Of a stretch of DNA of 64,000 nucleotides, positions 9,463 through 19,215 are shown in pieces. Position numbers and translations under genes: made by a program. The stretch is from a virus. The stretch is taken from IMG/VR virus record IMGVR_UViG_3300024346_000010; one strand, 5' to 3'. Numbering within the stretch: position 1 is the stretch's first letter; every line of letters starts with the position of its first letter. Below the pieces are notes generated by a model. It saw only the letters and a list, made by a program, of their open reading frames with translations, had not been told where the DNA came from and searched no databases.

Positions 9463-11967
9463 ATGAGCTTTTACACAAACGTTTCCCGTTATGGGAATAG
9501 TATCCTATATCGTGGATACACTGACAACGGCACTGCTGTTGAACACCGATACAAATTTAAACCCACAATGTATGTCACGTCTCAGATAGACACCGGCTGG
9601 AAAACCCTACAAGGTCGACCAGTTGCTCCTGTCAAGTTTGACTCTATGTCCGAAGCACTTGACTTTTGTAAGCGTTATGAAGAAATTGATAACGCTGAAG
9701 TATATGGCACGTCCAATTTCATTCATCAGTTTATTACTGATAAGTTTCCAGGTGATATTAAATTTGACCGCTCAATGGTCAATGTCGCTAATATCGATAT
9801 CGAAGTCCATTCTGAAGATGGTTTCCCTCTTCCTGATGAAGCTGCACATCCTATCACAGCTATTACGCATAAGTCAAGTAAGTCTGCCGTATATCACGTT
9901 TTCCACTTCGGTGACTGGGATAAAGATAAATCTATCCTGAAAGACGTGATTGTCCAAGAGCATCGTGGTAAAAGCGAAGTAGAAATGCTTGCGATGTATA
10001 TCAAGTTCTGGAAAGACAATTACCCAGACATTATTACAGGCTGGAATATCAGATTCTTCGACGTTCCTTATATTTTAAATCGCATTGCTCGACTCGGTGC
10101 TGAAGAAGCGGTTAAAGCTTTCTCTCCATGGAATATGGTAGATCGCCAAGAAATTACCGTAAATGGTTCACCACAGTGTGCTTTTGATATCAAAGGTATT
10201 ACTCAGATGGACTACATCGAGCTGTTTAAAAAGTTTGGTTATTCATACGGCGCTCAAGAGTCATATAAACTTGATCATATTGCATATGTAGTTCTTGGAG
10301 AACGTAAGCTATCATATGAAGAATATGGTAACCTACAAAACCTTTATAAAGAAAACTATCAGCTTTATATCGATTATAACATCAAAGACGTTATGCTTGT
10401 GGAACGTATTGACGAAAAGATGGATCTTATTACACTTGCTATGACTATGGCATATCGTGGAGGTGTTAACTATCAAGACACAATGGGAACCACTGCAATC
10501 TGGGACTCAATCATTTACCGTGAGTTGAGTAAATCCAAGATCGCAGTTCCGCCGAATGATCCAAAGGTTAAGAACCCCTATCCAGGCGGATACGTGAAAG
10601 AACCTCATGTTGGAGCACACGATTGGGTCGTATCATTTGACCTTAACTCGCTGTATCCTAACTTGATTGTTCAATATAATATGTCACCCGAGACTTTGGT
10701 CACATCTATGGAAGGTCGTTTCCAAGAAGGCGTTGAGCATTATATGAACACGCCAGTTGATCCTCGCGCTAGAGATATGAATGTCGCTGTTGCTATTAAC
10801 GGATCTTCATATCGTAAAGATAAGCAAGGATTCTTGCCTAAGCTTATTGTCGATTACTATAGTGAACGTAAAGCTGTCAAGAAAGAAATGCTTGCGCGTG
10901 AACAAGAGTATCAAAAGAATAAAACAGTAGAACTCGAACGGCAAATTAACCAGCTTGAAAACCGTCAGATGGCTATTAAAATTCTTCTTAACTCTTTGTA
11001 TGGAGCTTTGGGTAATAAGTATTTCCGTTACTTTGATATGCGTATGGCAGAAGGCATCACACTGTCAGGTCAGCTTACTATCCAATGGGCAGAACGTGCT
11101 ATCAATGCTGAGATGAACCGTATTCTTCAGACTAACGACCGTGATTATGTTATTGCTATCGATACTGACTCGGTTTATGTTAACTTTGGCGCGTTTGTTA
11201 AAAAGCTTAAACCTGAAGATCCGGTCAAAGCACTTGATAAGATTTGTGAAGAACATTTCATCCCATTGCTAGAGAAATCATATGACAACTTGTATGATCA
11301 CATGAACGCATTTGACAAACGTATGGTTATGGCACGTGAGGTTATTGCTGACCGTGGTATTTGGACTGCTAAGAAACGATACATTCTCAATGTTCATAAC
11401 TCTGAAGGTGTGCAATACGCAGAGCCTAAGATGAAGATTATGGGCATTGAAGCTATCAAGTCTTCTACTCCTGAGGTTGTTCGTGACAAGTTTAAGGCGG
11501 CGTTTAAGATGATGCTTACTGGCGATCGTCATGGTACTCAAGACTTTATTGCAAGGTTTAAGAAAGACTTTAAACAGCTTCCTCCCGAGAAAGTTGCCTT
11601 CCCTCGTGGAGTAAGTGATCTTAAGAAATGGGAACGTCGTAAAACCGTCTATGCAAAAGGCACGCCCATTCACGTACGTGGGAGTTTGCTTTATAATCAC
11701 CATCTAAAGATAAACGGGTTGTCTTCAACATATGAAACTATTAAGGCTGGTGAGAAAGTAAAATTCTGTTATCTTAAGATGCCTAATCCAGTCAAAGAGA
11801 ATGTCATTGCATTTCCAGAGTATTTGCCTGAAGAATTGAAGCTACATAAGCATGTCAATTATGACCTTCAGTTTCAAAAAACATTCCTAGATCCACTTGA
11901 GCCAATTCTGGATGCTATCGGCTGGAGTGCTGAAGAGAAAATTACAATGGATGATATTTTCGGATGA
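9463..11967 (+). CDS. 43: DNA polymerase gp43 (family B)
   Basis: DIEV Exo[27 protein letters not shown]; no intein or intron. Confidence 0.98.
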   Translation: MSFYTNVSRYGNSILYRGYTDNGTAVEHRYKFKPTMYVTSQIDTGWKTLQGRPVAPVKFDSMSEALDFCKRYEEIDNAEVYGTSNFIHQFITDKFPGDIKFDRSMVNVANIDIEVHSEDGFPLPDEAAHPITAITHKSSKSAVYHVFHFGDWDKDKSILKDVIVQEHRGKSEVEMLAMYIKFWKDNYPDIITGWNIRFFDVPYILNRIARLGAEEAVKAFSPWNMVDRQEITVNGSPQCAFDIKGITQMDYIELFKKFGYSYGAQESYKLDHIAYVVLGERKLSYEEYGNLQNLYKENYQLYIDYNIKDVMLVERIDEKMDLITLAMTMAYRGGVNYQDTMGTTAIWDSIIYRELSKSKIAVPPNDPKVKNPYPGGYVKEPHVGAHDWVVSFDLNSLYPNLIVQYNMSPETLVTSMEGRFQEGVEHYMNTPVDPRARDMNVAVAINGSSYRKDKQGFLPKLIVDYYSERKAVKKEMLAREQEYQKNKTVELERQINQLENRQMAIKILLNSLYGALGNKYFRYFDMRMAEGITLSGQLTIQWAERAINAEMNRILQTNDRDYVIAIDTDSVYVNFGAFVKKLKPEDPVKALDKICEEHFIPLLEKSYDNLYDHMNAFDKRMVMAREVIADRGIWTAKKRYILNVHNSEGVQYAEPKMKIMGIEAIKSSTPEVVRDKFKAAFKMMLTGDRHGTQDFIARFKKDFKQLPPEKVAFPRGVSDLKKWERRKTVYAKGTPIHVRGSLLYNHHLKINGLSSTYETIKAGEKVKFCYLKMPNPVKENVIAFPEYLPEELKLHKHVNYDLQFQKTFLDPLEPILDAIGWSAEEKITMDDIFG

Positions 11968-12626
11968 TACCAAAAAACATATTAATATATGCTAATCCTA
12001 GAACAGCATCATCAAATCTACAGAAATTGCTATCGCAGGACAGCAATTTCTTATTTGAAGAATTGTTTACATATATGAAACCAGAAGATACTGAAAAAAT
12101 AAACATGTATATTAATTATTGTAGAAAAAAAGCAAGATCTAATGATAATGTTGTTTTTAAAGTTCTGCATACCGATATAGCAAATAATTTAAATTTAGAC
12201 GATATTGAAAAATTTAAATGCATGTTAATAGAAGAAAATTTTTATGTTATTAGATTAAGTAGGAATAATTTCAAAGATCAATTATTTAGTACTGTTATAG
12301 CTGAAACTTCTAAGGAATACGGTGTCCAATCTAGCAAATCAATAACGATTGATTATAATAATTTTAAAGATCATTTTTATTACTGTTATGATAAAAATGC
12401 TGAACATAATAATAACATTTATGGATTCCCAATCCATCAGGATATAAAATTTGAAGATGTTATAAATGATGATGTTGTAATTTGCGGCCAAAAAATTCTC
12501 CGTGATACAAATAAAATAACAATAAATGTATCTGCTAACAAAACAGATAAGGTTATCAACTTGTTTGATATGAACGCGTGGTATGATGAATTAATACATT
12601 TACAAAATAAGAAATATGAAGTATAA
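11964..12626 (+). CDS. Sulfotransferase-like protein
   Basis: [13 protein letters not shown]-binding loop, [15 protein letters not shown]; very AT-rich. Confidence 0.55.
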   Translation: MIPKNILIYANPRTASSNLQKLLSQDSNFLFEELFTYMKPEDTEKINMYINYCRKKARSNDNVVFKVLHTDIANNLNLDDIEKFKCMLIEENFYVIRLSRNNFKDQLFSTVIAETSKEYGVQSSKSITIDYNNFKDHFYYCYDKNAEHNNNIYGFPIHQDIKFEDVINDDVVICGQKILRDTNKITINVSANKTDKVINLFDMNAWYDELIHLQNKKYEV

Positions 12627-12627
12627 T
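12599..12627 (+). promoter_or_regulatory. Sigma70-type promoter
   Basis: TTTACA-N17-TATAAT. Confidence 0.7.
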
Positions 12628-12653
12628 AATGAAGTTAACAATTGGAGTATAAT

Positions 12654-13067
12654 ATGAGCGACTGGCCTAATGATATCCGCATGATGCACCACAAGTTTGG
12701 TGTTACTGATTGGATGGAAAAGAATAAACACGATAAAGAACTTATGCAGAAGTATCTACGCTTCCGTCTTAAAATGTGTATGGAAGAAATGAATGAAACT
12801 ATTGATGCTGCACTCTTTGACCGTGATGCTGAAGAAGTTGTTGATGGCCTGATTGACCTTTGCGTCTTTGCGATTGGAACACTAGATGTATTCGGCGTAG
12901 ATCCTAATGAAGCATGGGATCGTGTATACGAAGCGAATATGACAAAATCGCCTGGTGTAAAGCCTGGCCGGCCAAACCCATTTGGACTTCCAGATCTTCT
13001 TAAGCCATCTGGATGGACACCACCAACACATAAGGATAATCACGGTGCTATCCCTAACGCTGTTTAA
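12654..13067 (+). CDS. MazG-like all-alpha NTP pyrophosphohydrolase (candidate dCTPase/dUTPase)
   Basis: EEMNE...EEVVDGLIDL...ANMTK...DLLKP.GW. Confidence 0.75.
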   Translation: MSDWPNDIRMMHHKFGVTDWMEKNKHDKELMQKYLRFRLKMCMEEMNETIDAALFDRDAEEVVDGLIDLCVFAIGTLDVFGVDPNEAWDRVYEANMTKSPGVKPGRPNPFGLPDLLKPSGWTPPTHKDNHGAIPNAV

Positions 13068-14004
13068 ACCACCTCGCTGGTGGGAAGAACAACAAAGATA
13101 TGCCTATGACAACAAAACTCATCGGCGAATGGATTTCTCTAGCTTTGACGAGCTAGAGAAACTCCTGTATGAATTGTCTAAGCAACCTAAGAAAGGAAAA
13201 GTAGATGCTGAATTATTTTCGCCAGCTATATATAAACCAGATACTACTCGAGCCAATAAGAATGTTGTTGCTTGGGCAGGTTGGGCAGCTGTTGACGTTG
13301 ATGACATTGAGATTGATGGAAACCTAAATGATTTTGTACGTAAACTTGCTGGTGATTGGCGCTTTGTTTGCTACAGCACTGCAAGCAGTCGCCCTACTAA
13401 GAAAAAGTTCCGACTCGTATTCGAACTTGATCGCCATATACCAGTGGCAGAAATCAAACACTTTTGGTTCGCACTCCAATCTCACCTTGACGAGTCAGGA
13501 GATAAACAATGTAAAGACCTCAGCCGAATGTATTACATCCCTGCAACATATGACGAGGCTGATAATTTTATATTCAGTGGGAGTGGCAATCCTATTGATG
13601 TTGACAATCTTCTTGCCCGTTACCCCTACGTAGATAGGGCTAAGAGTGGTAACACGTTTCTCGATCGACTACCTCCTGAACTCGTAGAACAAGTAGTCAA
13701 TCATCGTAAGTCGATGATGCAAAATACCAACATTATTTGGTCAAGTTATCATGATTGCCCGTTTTGGCCTAAGAAGCTTGCTGCTGAATATTCTACTATT
13801 ACCGAAACCGGTTGGTATCATAAGATGTATCAAATCATGGTAGCAATATCGGCTAGAGCAATTGATAAGGAATATCCTATTCAAGCTTCTCAAATCGCTG
13901 AACTATGTAAGCAATTTGATATGGAAAATGGTGGTTGGTATGAAAACCGACCAATTGAAATCGAGGCTGACAGAGCCTTGGAATATGCTTATAAAAAGGT
14001 ATGA
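13045..14004 (+). CDS. Primase-polymerase (AEP)-like protein
   Basis: AAVDVDD, YSTASS, KFRLV, D.QCKDLSRMYYIP; GTG start after AAGGA. Confidence 0.55.
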   Translation: MLSLTLFKPPRWWEEQQRYAYDNKTHRRMDFSSFDELEKLLYELSKQPKKGKVDAELFSPAIYKPDTTRANKNVVAWAGWAAVDVDDIEIDGNLNDFVRKLAGDWRFVCYSTASSRPTKKKFRLVFELDRHIPVAEIKHFWFALQSHLDESGDKQCKDLSRMYYIPATYDEADNFIFSGSGNPIDVDNLLARYPYVDRAKSGNTFLDRLPPELVEQVVNHRKSMMQNTNIIWSSYHDCPFWPKKLAAEYSTITETGWYHKMYQIMVAISARAIDKEYPIQASQIAELCKQFDMENGGWYENRPIEIEADRALEYAYKKV

Positions 14005-14126
14005 ACATGGCAAAACAATCTAGACTAGTAAAAACTAAATCTGGTGCAATTCGTGAAAACAAAAGCTTAAAGAAAAAAGCAAAGGCTCTTAAGCCGATCA
14101 AATATAAGGCAAGTGGAAAAAAATGA
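14001..14126 (+). CDS. Tiny Lys-rich protein (41 aa)
   Basis: Own translation MNMAKQSRLVKTKSGAIRENKSLKKKAKALKPIKYKASGKK; start overlaps previous stop. Confidence 0.5.
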   Translation: MNMAKQSRLVKTKSGAIRENKSLKKKAKALKPIKYKASGKK

Positions 14127-14233
14127 GACTTAATTTTAGACTAGGCTGGTTTAGAATTGAAATTCTTCCACTATTTAAAATAGTTTTTGATGTTCGTCGA
14201 ACAGTTAATAAAAAACGTAGACGTAAAAAATAG
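14123..14233 (+). CDS. Tiny basic protein (36 aa)
   Basis: Own translation MRLNFRLGWFRIEILPLFKIVFDVRRTVNKKRRRKK; ATGA overlap. Confidence 0.45.
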   Translation: MRLNFRLGWFRIEILPLFKIVFDVRRTVNKKRRRKK

Positions 14234-14240
14234 GATAAAC

Positions 14241-14660
14241 ATGAAAGTTGGATTTACTTGTAGCACATTTGACTTGCTTCACGCCGGGCATATTATGATG
14301 CTGCGCGAAGCCAAGGCTCAATGTGATTATCTTATTTGCGGACTACAGGTCGATCCGAGTTACGATAGACCTGAGAAGAATAAACCCGTTCAGACTATTG
14401 TAGAAAGATACGCACAACTATCGGCAGTGAAATATGTTGATGAGATTGTAGTATATCATTCTGAACAAGATCTCCTAGATATTCTAGAAATGTATCCAAT
14501 TAATATTCGTATTCTAGGAGAAGAATATAAAGAAAAAGAGTTTACAGGCAAAGATATTTGTCGTAAAATAGGTATTGAGTTCCACTTCAACAAACGGAAC
14601 CATAGATTTTCATCATCTGGACTTAGAAAGAGAGTAGCTGATAATGCTAAAAGTGACTGA
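14241..14660 (+). CDS. Glycerol-3-phosphate cytidylyltransferase-like (TagD-like)
   Basis: TFDLLHAGH, KPVQTIVER, YVDEI, RFSSS. Confidence 0.85.
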   Translation: MKVGFTCSTFDLLHAGHIMMLREAKAQCDYLICGLQVDPSYDRPEKNKPVQTIVERYAQLSAVKYVDEIVVYHSEQDLLDILEMYPINIRILGEEYKEKEFTGKDICRKIGIEFHFNKRNHRFSSSGLRKRVADNAKSD

Positions 14661-15318
14661 TATTCGTGACCACTTCTTTGACGAACTGGACGCCCAGCGA
14701 TATACCATTGATAAAACTGGTGCCAAGACTATTGAGATGCTAGGTGCATCATTCATCGCCGATGAACCATCCATCTTCGGCATTCCTAATCAAGAATACA
14801 TTGATAAAGAGATTGCTTGGTACGAGTCTCAGTCTACTAACATCTACGATATTAACACAGAGTCCGGTGCTGATGCTCCTGCTGCTTGGAAGTATTCAGC
14901 AGATAAGTATGGTAATATCAATTCAAACTACGGATATCTTGTAGACTCTCCAAAGTTTTATAATCAGTACTATAACGCCATTGCCGAGTTGATTGCGAAT
15001 CCAGATAGCCGGCGTGCTCAGATGATTTATAATCGTCCCTCTATTTGGGCTGAGTACAACGAAAATGGTAAATCTGATTTTATCTGTACTAATGCTCAAA
15101 CATTTTATATTCGTGATAATAAACTGCATATGGTATCGCAAATGCGTTCTAATGATGTAGTATTTGGCTATAAGAATGATTACGCTTGGGCACAACATCT
15201 TATGGATCGTGCTATTGATAATCTAAATGAAGAAGGTTATGAACTTACAAAAGGTGACCTGATCTGGCAAGTAATGAACTTGCATGTATATGAAAGACAT
15301 TTTAATTTAGTAGTTTAA
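14644..15318 (+). CDS. 42: dCMP hydroxymethylase (T4 gp42-type)
   Basis: Colinear with T4 gp42: DKTG.KTIE..GASF.ADEP, INSNYG, NPDSRR, DFICTN, MRSNDVVFGYKND (Asp = dCMP specificity), LHVY.RHF. Confidence 0.9.
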   Translation: MLKVTDIRDHFFDELDAQRYTIDKTGAKTIEMLGASFIADEPSIFGIPNQEYIDKEIAWYESQSTNIYDINTESGADAPAAWKYSADKYGNINSNYGYLVDSPKFYNQYYNAIAELIANPDSRRAQMIYNRPSIWAEYNENGKSDFICTNAQTFYIRDNKLHMVSQMRSNDVVFGYKNDYAWAQHLMDRAIDNLNEEGYELTKGDLIWQVMNLHVYERHFNLVV

Positions 15319-15331
15319 GGGGATTTATATT

Positions 15332-16279
15332 ATGGCAAGGATAGTTGGAACATTTGCTAAAATACCTAAAAAAGAAACGAGCCACAGCTTTGGCTATGCT
15401 CGTACGTGGTCAGAGAACCTTGAGATTGATTTAGACCATAAAAATTCATTTCATAAGGATATTTACGTATTACCTGGCGCTAACTTTGGTGGTACAATTA
15501 ATCTTATGGGTGGGTTTAATGACTTTCTGAAATCAAGCGTAGATAATTTTCTTAATGCAGAAAATATTACTTTTCTAGATGGTCCTCCTGTTGCTTATGG
15601 TGAACAGCTAAAAAAGAGAAAAGACGTAGAAGATAAGGGCTGGTGTGATGCCATTACTCAAAAACTGTCTGAAGCAAAAAGCATAGTAGGTTCTGATCTT
15701 AAGCATGAATGGTTAGCTATTGGTGATAGTCACACGTGTGCCTATGCACCTTTAAATAGTTCAACTGTCAAACAAGATGGAACTACTCTAAATAATCAAA
15801 TTAATACGGATTTTGAATATATTCGTTCTCATATTAAATCTTATCATAAAGGCTTAACTATATCACTTGGTAATATTGATATTCGCCATCATATTGTTCG
15901 TCTCAATGCTGATGTTGAGACCATGATAAGTAGCCTTAACGATTTTGGTAAAAGCACTGGTCTTGAAGTAGAGTATGGATTGCCATGGCCTATCGAGTTT
16001 GAAGGTCGCAAGTTGCCAAAGACTGGATACTATGACAAGCGCCCATTTACGGGTTCTAGAGAAGAACGTTCTGCTGTAGTCAAGCTTATGGAGCGATGCA
16101 TGACTGATCTTGGCATGAGCATTGTCAAATGTCCTAACCAATGGTACGATATGGATCCAGAAATCTATGCAACTGGAAACATGGAACGACCACAATCGGT
16201 TCACCTAAATCCTATGAAGTATCGTAGGAAGAATTGGGGTGAGCTAACACACGACCCACTGGAGATATTCATGTCATGA
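15332..16279 (+). CDS. SGNH/GDSL-like domain protein in DNA modification locus
   Basis: AIGDSH, LGNIDIRHH, SVHLNP motifs. Confidence 0.55.
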   Translation: MARIVGTFAKIPKKETSHSFGYARTWSENLEIDLDHKNSFHKDIYVLPGANFGGTINLMGGFNDFLKSSVDNFLNAENITFLDGPPVAYGEQLKKRKDVEDKGWCDAITQKLSEAKSIVGSDLKHEWLAIGDSHTCAYAPLNSSTVKQDGTTLNNQINTDFEYIRSHIKSYHKGLTISLGNIDIRHHIVRLNADVETMISSLNDFGKSTGLEVEYGLPWPIEFEGRKLPKTGYYDKRPFTGSREERSAVVKLMERCMTDLGMSIVKCPNQWYDMDPEIYATGNMERPQSVHLNPMKYRRKNWGELTHDPLEIFMS

Positions 16280-17358
16280 CAGCACTTGAAACAAGACCAA
16301 ACTATGATTGTTACGTAAATTACTTCTGGCCAAAGTCCGCTTGGCTAGAAGAGAACTGTCTAATCGGCGACCTAGATTATCTTGGCCCTGAGGCCAATAA
16401 GCATGTCAACGACCCGCTGATGCAAAACATTCCTGCTTACAATTGTGTATCTCGTACGTATGAAGGTTTCAATAATGTCAATCAGGATTTAAATTACGGC
16501 ACTGATCAGCGAGTATTTAAGAAGCGACCAGTAGCCGTGCAAGAACGCGTTAAAAAATATGTGACAGATAAGTGGTCTTTATTAGAACACGTTTATGCCT
16601 ACTACGTTCATCGTAGTACTGGTTCAGGGTTTTATGCTGGCAAGGATTGGCACGGTTATCACCATTCAGTGGTAACGCATTTTGGGTTATATGAGACTGC
16701 AGATGAAATGGCTAACCTTATGAAGGAATGGAAAGCCGCAGACCGCAAAATGTTTTCTACTATCGGAAACCAAAATCCTACACCGATAAAGGGCTTGAAT
16801 CTGACACAGCACATTACTACCTTTGGTCTAGAGTTGATGAAGGAATTGACTGGCTGGTTAGAAGAAAATCTTGCTATGAATAACGCCGCGCCTTTAGATC
16901 AAAAGAAATTGACTGACAGGCTTAATCAAAAGAATATTGATAGAGGTGTACGTCGCTGGAACTTTCCTTATGCACAAATGATTGCTGACATCGCTACGTA
17001 CCATCCACAGTATGTTGATCCAAATTCTAGTTTGTATTGTGGCAATAATGCAAGACAGGCAATCGAGCAAATGTTTCGCAGACCTAAGGGCATGAGCGAA
17101 CACGAATATCATGACGCGGCATTAGCAAATCTTACTGAACGCCTAGGTACTAATGCTGTTGCACATGAAGATACATTATGCATCTATGTTAGATTTTTGA
17201 ATAACCTTGACCGTTCAGGTCGTGGTCTTACTAATGCTTCTGGTTATTATATGATGAACGAAGATGATACGCCTATGTATCCAGATATTTGGAGGCCTGT
17301 TGCATATCAAAAGAAAGTAAATAATAGTACACACTCACTAACGGAGCTACTAGCATGA
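16276..17358 (+). CDS. aGPT-Pplase-like (HhH-glycosylase fold) DNA base-modifying protein
   Basis: FPYAQMIADIA, YCGNNARQAI, EDTLCIYVRF resemble the family C-terminal motifs. Confidence 0.55.
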   Translation: MTALETRPNYDCYVNYFWPKSAWLEENCLIGDLDYLGPEANKHVNDPLMQNIPAYNCVSRTYEGFNNVNQDLNYGTDQRVFKKRPVAVQERVKKYVTDKWSLLEHVYAYYVHRSTGSGFYAGKDWHGYHHSVVTHFGLYETADEMANLMKEWKAADRKMFSTIGNQNPTPIKGLNLTQHITTFGLELMKELTGWLEENLAMNNAAPLDQKKLTDRLNQKNIDRGVRRWNFPYAQMIADIATYHPQYVDPNSSLYCGNNARQAIEQMFRRPKGMSEHEYHDAALANLTERLGTNAVAHEDTLCIYVRFLNNLDRSGRGLTNASGYYMMNEDDTPMYPDIWRPVAYQKKVNNSTHSLTELLA

Positions 17359-17453
17359 CAAAGACATTCGCGCAAGTTGTACAAGAATACAGACAACATA
17401 GGCTTTATATTCTTGCGGCCTTAAGAGCACAAAAGGAAAAAGAAACCCGATGA
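17355..17453 (+). CDS. Tiny hypothetical protein (32 aa)
   Basis: GGAG RBS and ATGA overlaps at both ends. Confidence 0.45.
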   Translation: MTKTFAQVVQEYRQHRLYILAALRAQKEKETR

Positions 17454-17677
17454 AACCTAATACAAACTTCACTCTTACTGTAAATGATATCTCACATATT
17501 GAGAAGGCACTATATACTCGTCTTGCTGAACTATCGGGGCTGTGTCAGACTCCTAGCACTGCTAAAAAGATTCTAGAGCTATCAGAAGAAACATCGCAAA
17601 TTTATAACCTGCTTGGTCGTATTCATAATCAAAAAGTTTGGTATCGTCCAGAAATGGATGTTTACATTGGCGGATAA
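17450..17677 (+). CDS. Hypothetical protein, paralog of 7243-7494
   Basis: Shared KPNT/HNQK.WYRP motifs. Confidence 0.75.
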   Translation: MKPNTNFTLTVNDISHIEKALYTRLAELSGLCQTPSTAKKILELSEETSQIYNLLGRIHNQKVWYRPEMDVYIGG

Positions 17678-17689
17678 CTTTGTTATAAT
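17661..17689 (+). promoter_or_regulatory. Sigma70-type promoter
   Basis: TTTACA-N17-TATAAT. Confidence 0.7.
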
Positions 17690-17716
17690 TAATCATCCAC
17701 AACATTAGGAAAAGAT

Positions 17717-18154
17717 ATGTCTCGCAAATGGGATCTTCGCTATATTAAGATGGCACAACAGGTTAGTTCCTGGTCTAAAGATCCATCAACACAGGTAGGT
17801 GCAGTGGCGGTTAGCGATAAAGGCCAAGTCTTATGCACTGGTTATAATGGCTTTCCTCGTGGTATAGATGATGCTGATTATCGCTATAATAATCGTGAAC
17901 TTAAATATGAATTAATCGTTCATGCAGAAATGAATGCTATTTACAACGCTACATATAATGGAGTATCACTTGATGGTGCTACAATGTACGTATCGGGATT
18001 GCCTTGCTGCAACAGGTGTGCACTTGGTTTAATTCAAACTGGAATAAAACGTGTAGTCATGCAAGGTAATCCTGATGATCCACGTTGGGCTGACTCATGG
18101 AAAATGTCTATGGATCTGTTTAATGAAACAAATATCGAATGGGAATTTATTTAA
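17717..18154 (+). CDS. cd: dCMP deaminase
   Basis: SKDPSTQVGA, GYNGFPRG, HAEMNA, PCCNRC. Confidence 0.9.
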   Translation: MSRKWDLRYIKMAQQVSSWSKDPSTQVGAVAVSDKGQVLCTGYNGFPRGIDDADYRYNNRELKYELIVHAEMNAIYNATYNGVSLDGATMYVSGLPCCNRCALGLIQTGIKRVVMQGNPDDPRWADSWKMSMDLFNETNIEWEFI

Positions 18155-19212
18155 TGTCTTCAATTATGGACAGATTGAAAAAGAACTCTAAGCTTAAGAC
18201 GACTGAAGTATTGTCTGAGTCAAAGTTCTTCAATGAAAAAGATATGGTGCAAACTGACGTTCCGATGGTGAACGTTGCACTATCAGGTGATCCAGATGGA
18301 GGTCTTACTCCTGGACTTACTGTTCTCGCTGGCCCTTCAAAGCACTTTAAGACTTCATTTGCTCTTCTTATGGCAGGTGCATATCTAAAGAAATACGATG
18401 ATGCAGTGATTCTATTCTATGACTCAGAATTTGGCTCACCTCAGTCATACTTCAAGCAGTTTGGTATTGATCCTGCTCGGGTTCTTCATACTCCTATTAT
18501 GAATGTTGAAGAACTTAAGTTTGATCTTATTGGCCAGCTCGAGCAACTTGATCGTAAGGATAATGTAATTGTTGTTATTGACTCTATTGGTAACCTTGCA
18601 TCGAAGAAAGAAATGGAAGATGCTCTGAATGAAAAGTCAGTAGCAGATATGTCACGAGCCAAAGCATTGAAAGGTTTGTTCCGTATGGCAACACCATATC
18701 TTGCTATGAAGAATATTCCTATGTTGGCTATTAACCATACATATCAAGAAATTGGGCTGTTTCCTAAAGCTATTGTATCTGGTGGCACTGGGATTTATTA
18801 CTCTGCAGATAATATCTGGATCCTCGGTCGTCAACAAGATAAAGTTGGTACTGAGATTAAAGGTTATCACTTTGTTATCAATGTTGAGAAGTCTCGCTTT
18901 GTTAAAGAAAAGTCCAAGATCCCTATTTCGGTATCATGGGAAGGTGGCGTAGAGAAATGGTCAGGTCTTCTTGATGTTGCTCTTGCTGGTAACTATGCTG
19001 CTAAACCGTCGAATGGATGGTTCTGTCATGTAGATCAAGAAACAGGCGAATTGGTAGATACTAAATATCGTGCAAAGGATACACTAACAGAAGAATTCTG
19101 GAAACCTATCTTTGAGAACACCGACTTTAAAGAATTCTTGAAAAAACAATATCAAATTGGACATGAGTCTCTTGTTAATATGGATGATATTGTACTAGAA
19201 AGCGAGGAATAA
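18154..19212 (+). CDS. uvsX: RecA-like recombinase UvsX
   Basis: AGPSKHFKT, FYDSEFG, DSIGNLAS, SGGTG. Confidence 0.95.
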   Translation: MSSIMDRLKKNSKLKTTEVLSESKFFNEKDMVQTDVPMVNVALSGDPDGGLTPGLTVLAGPSKHFKTSFALLMAGAYLKKYDDAVILFYDSEFGSPQSYFKQFGIDPARVLHTPIMNVEELKFDLIGQLEQLDRKDNVIVVIDSIGNLASKKEMEDALNEKSVADMSRAKALKGLFRMATPYLAMKNIPMLAINHTYQEIGLFPKAIVSGGTGIYYSADNIWILGRQQDKVGTEIKGYHFVINVEKSRFVKEKSKIPISVSWEGGVEKWSGLLDVALAGNYAAKPSNGWFCHVDQETGELVDTKYRAKDTLTEEFWKPIFENTDFKEFLKKQYQIGHESLVNMDDIVLESEE

Positions 19213-19215
19213 CAA

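Noticed and set aside
14644-15318. Thymidylate synthase or dUMP hydroxymethylase call
   Set aside because: Colinear with T4 gp42 and has Asp rather than Asn at the specificity position; ThyX is encoded separately
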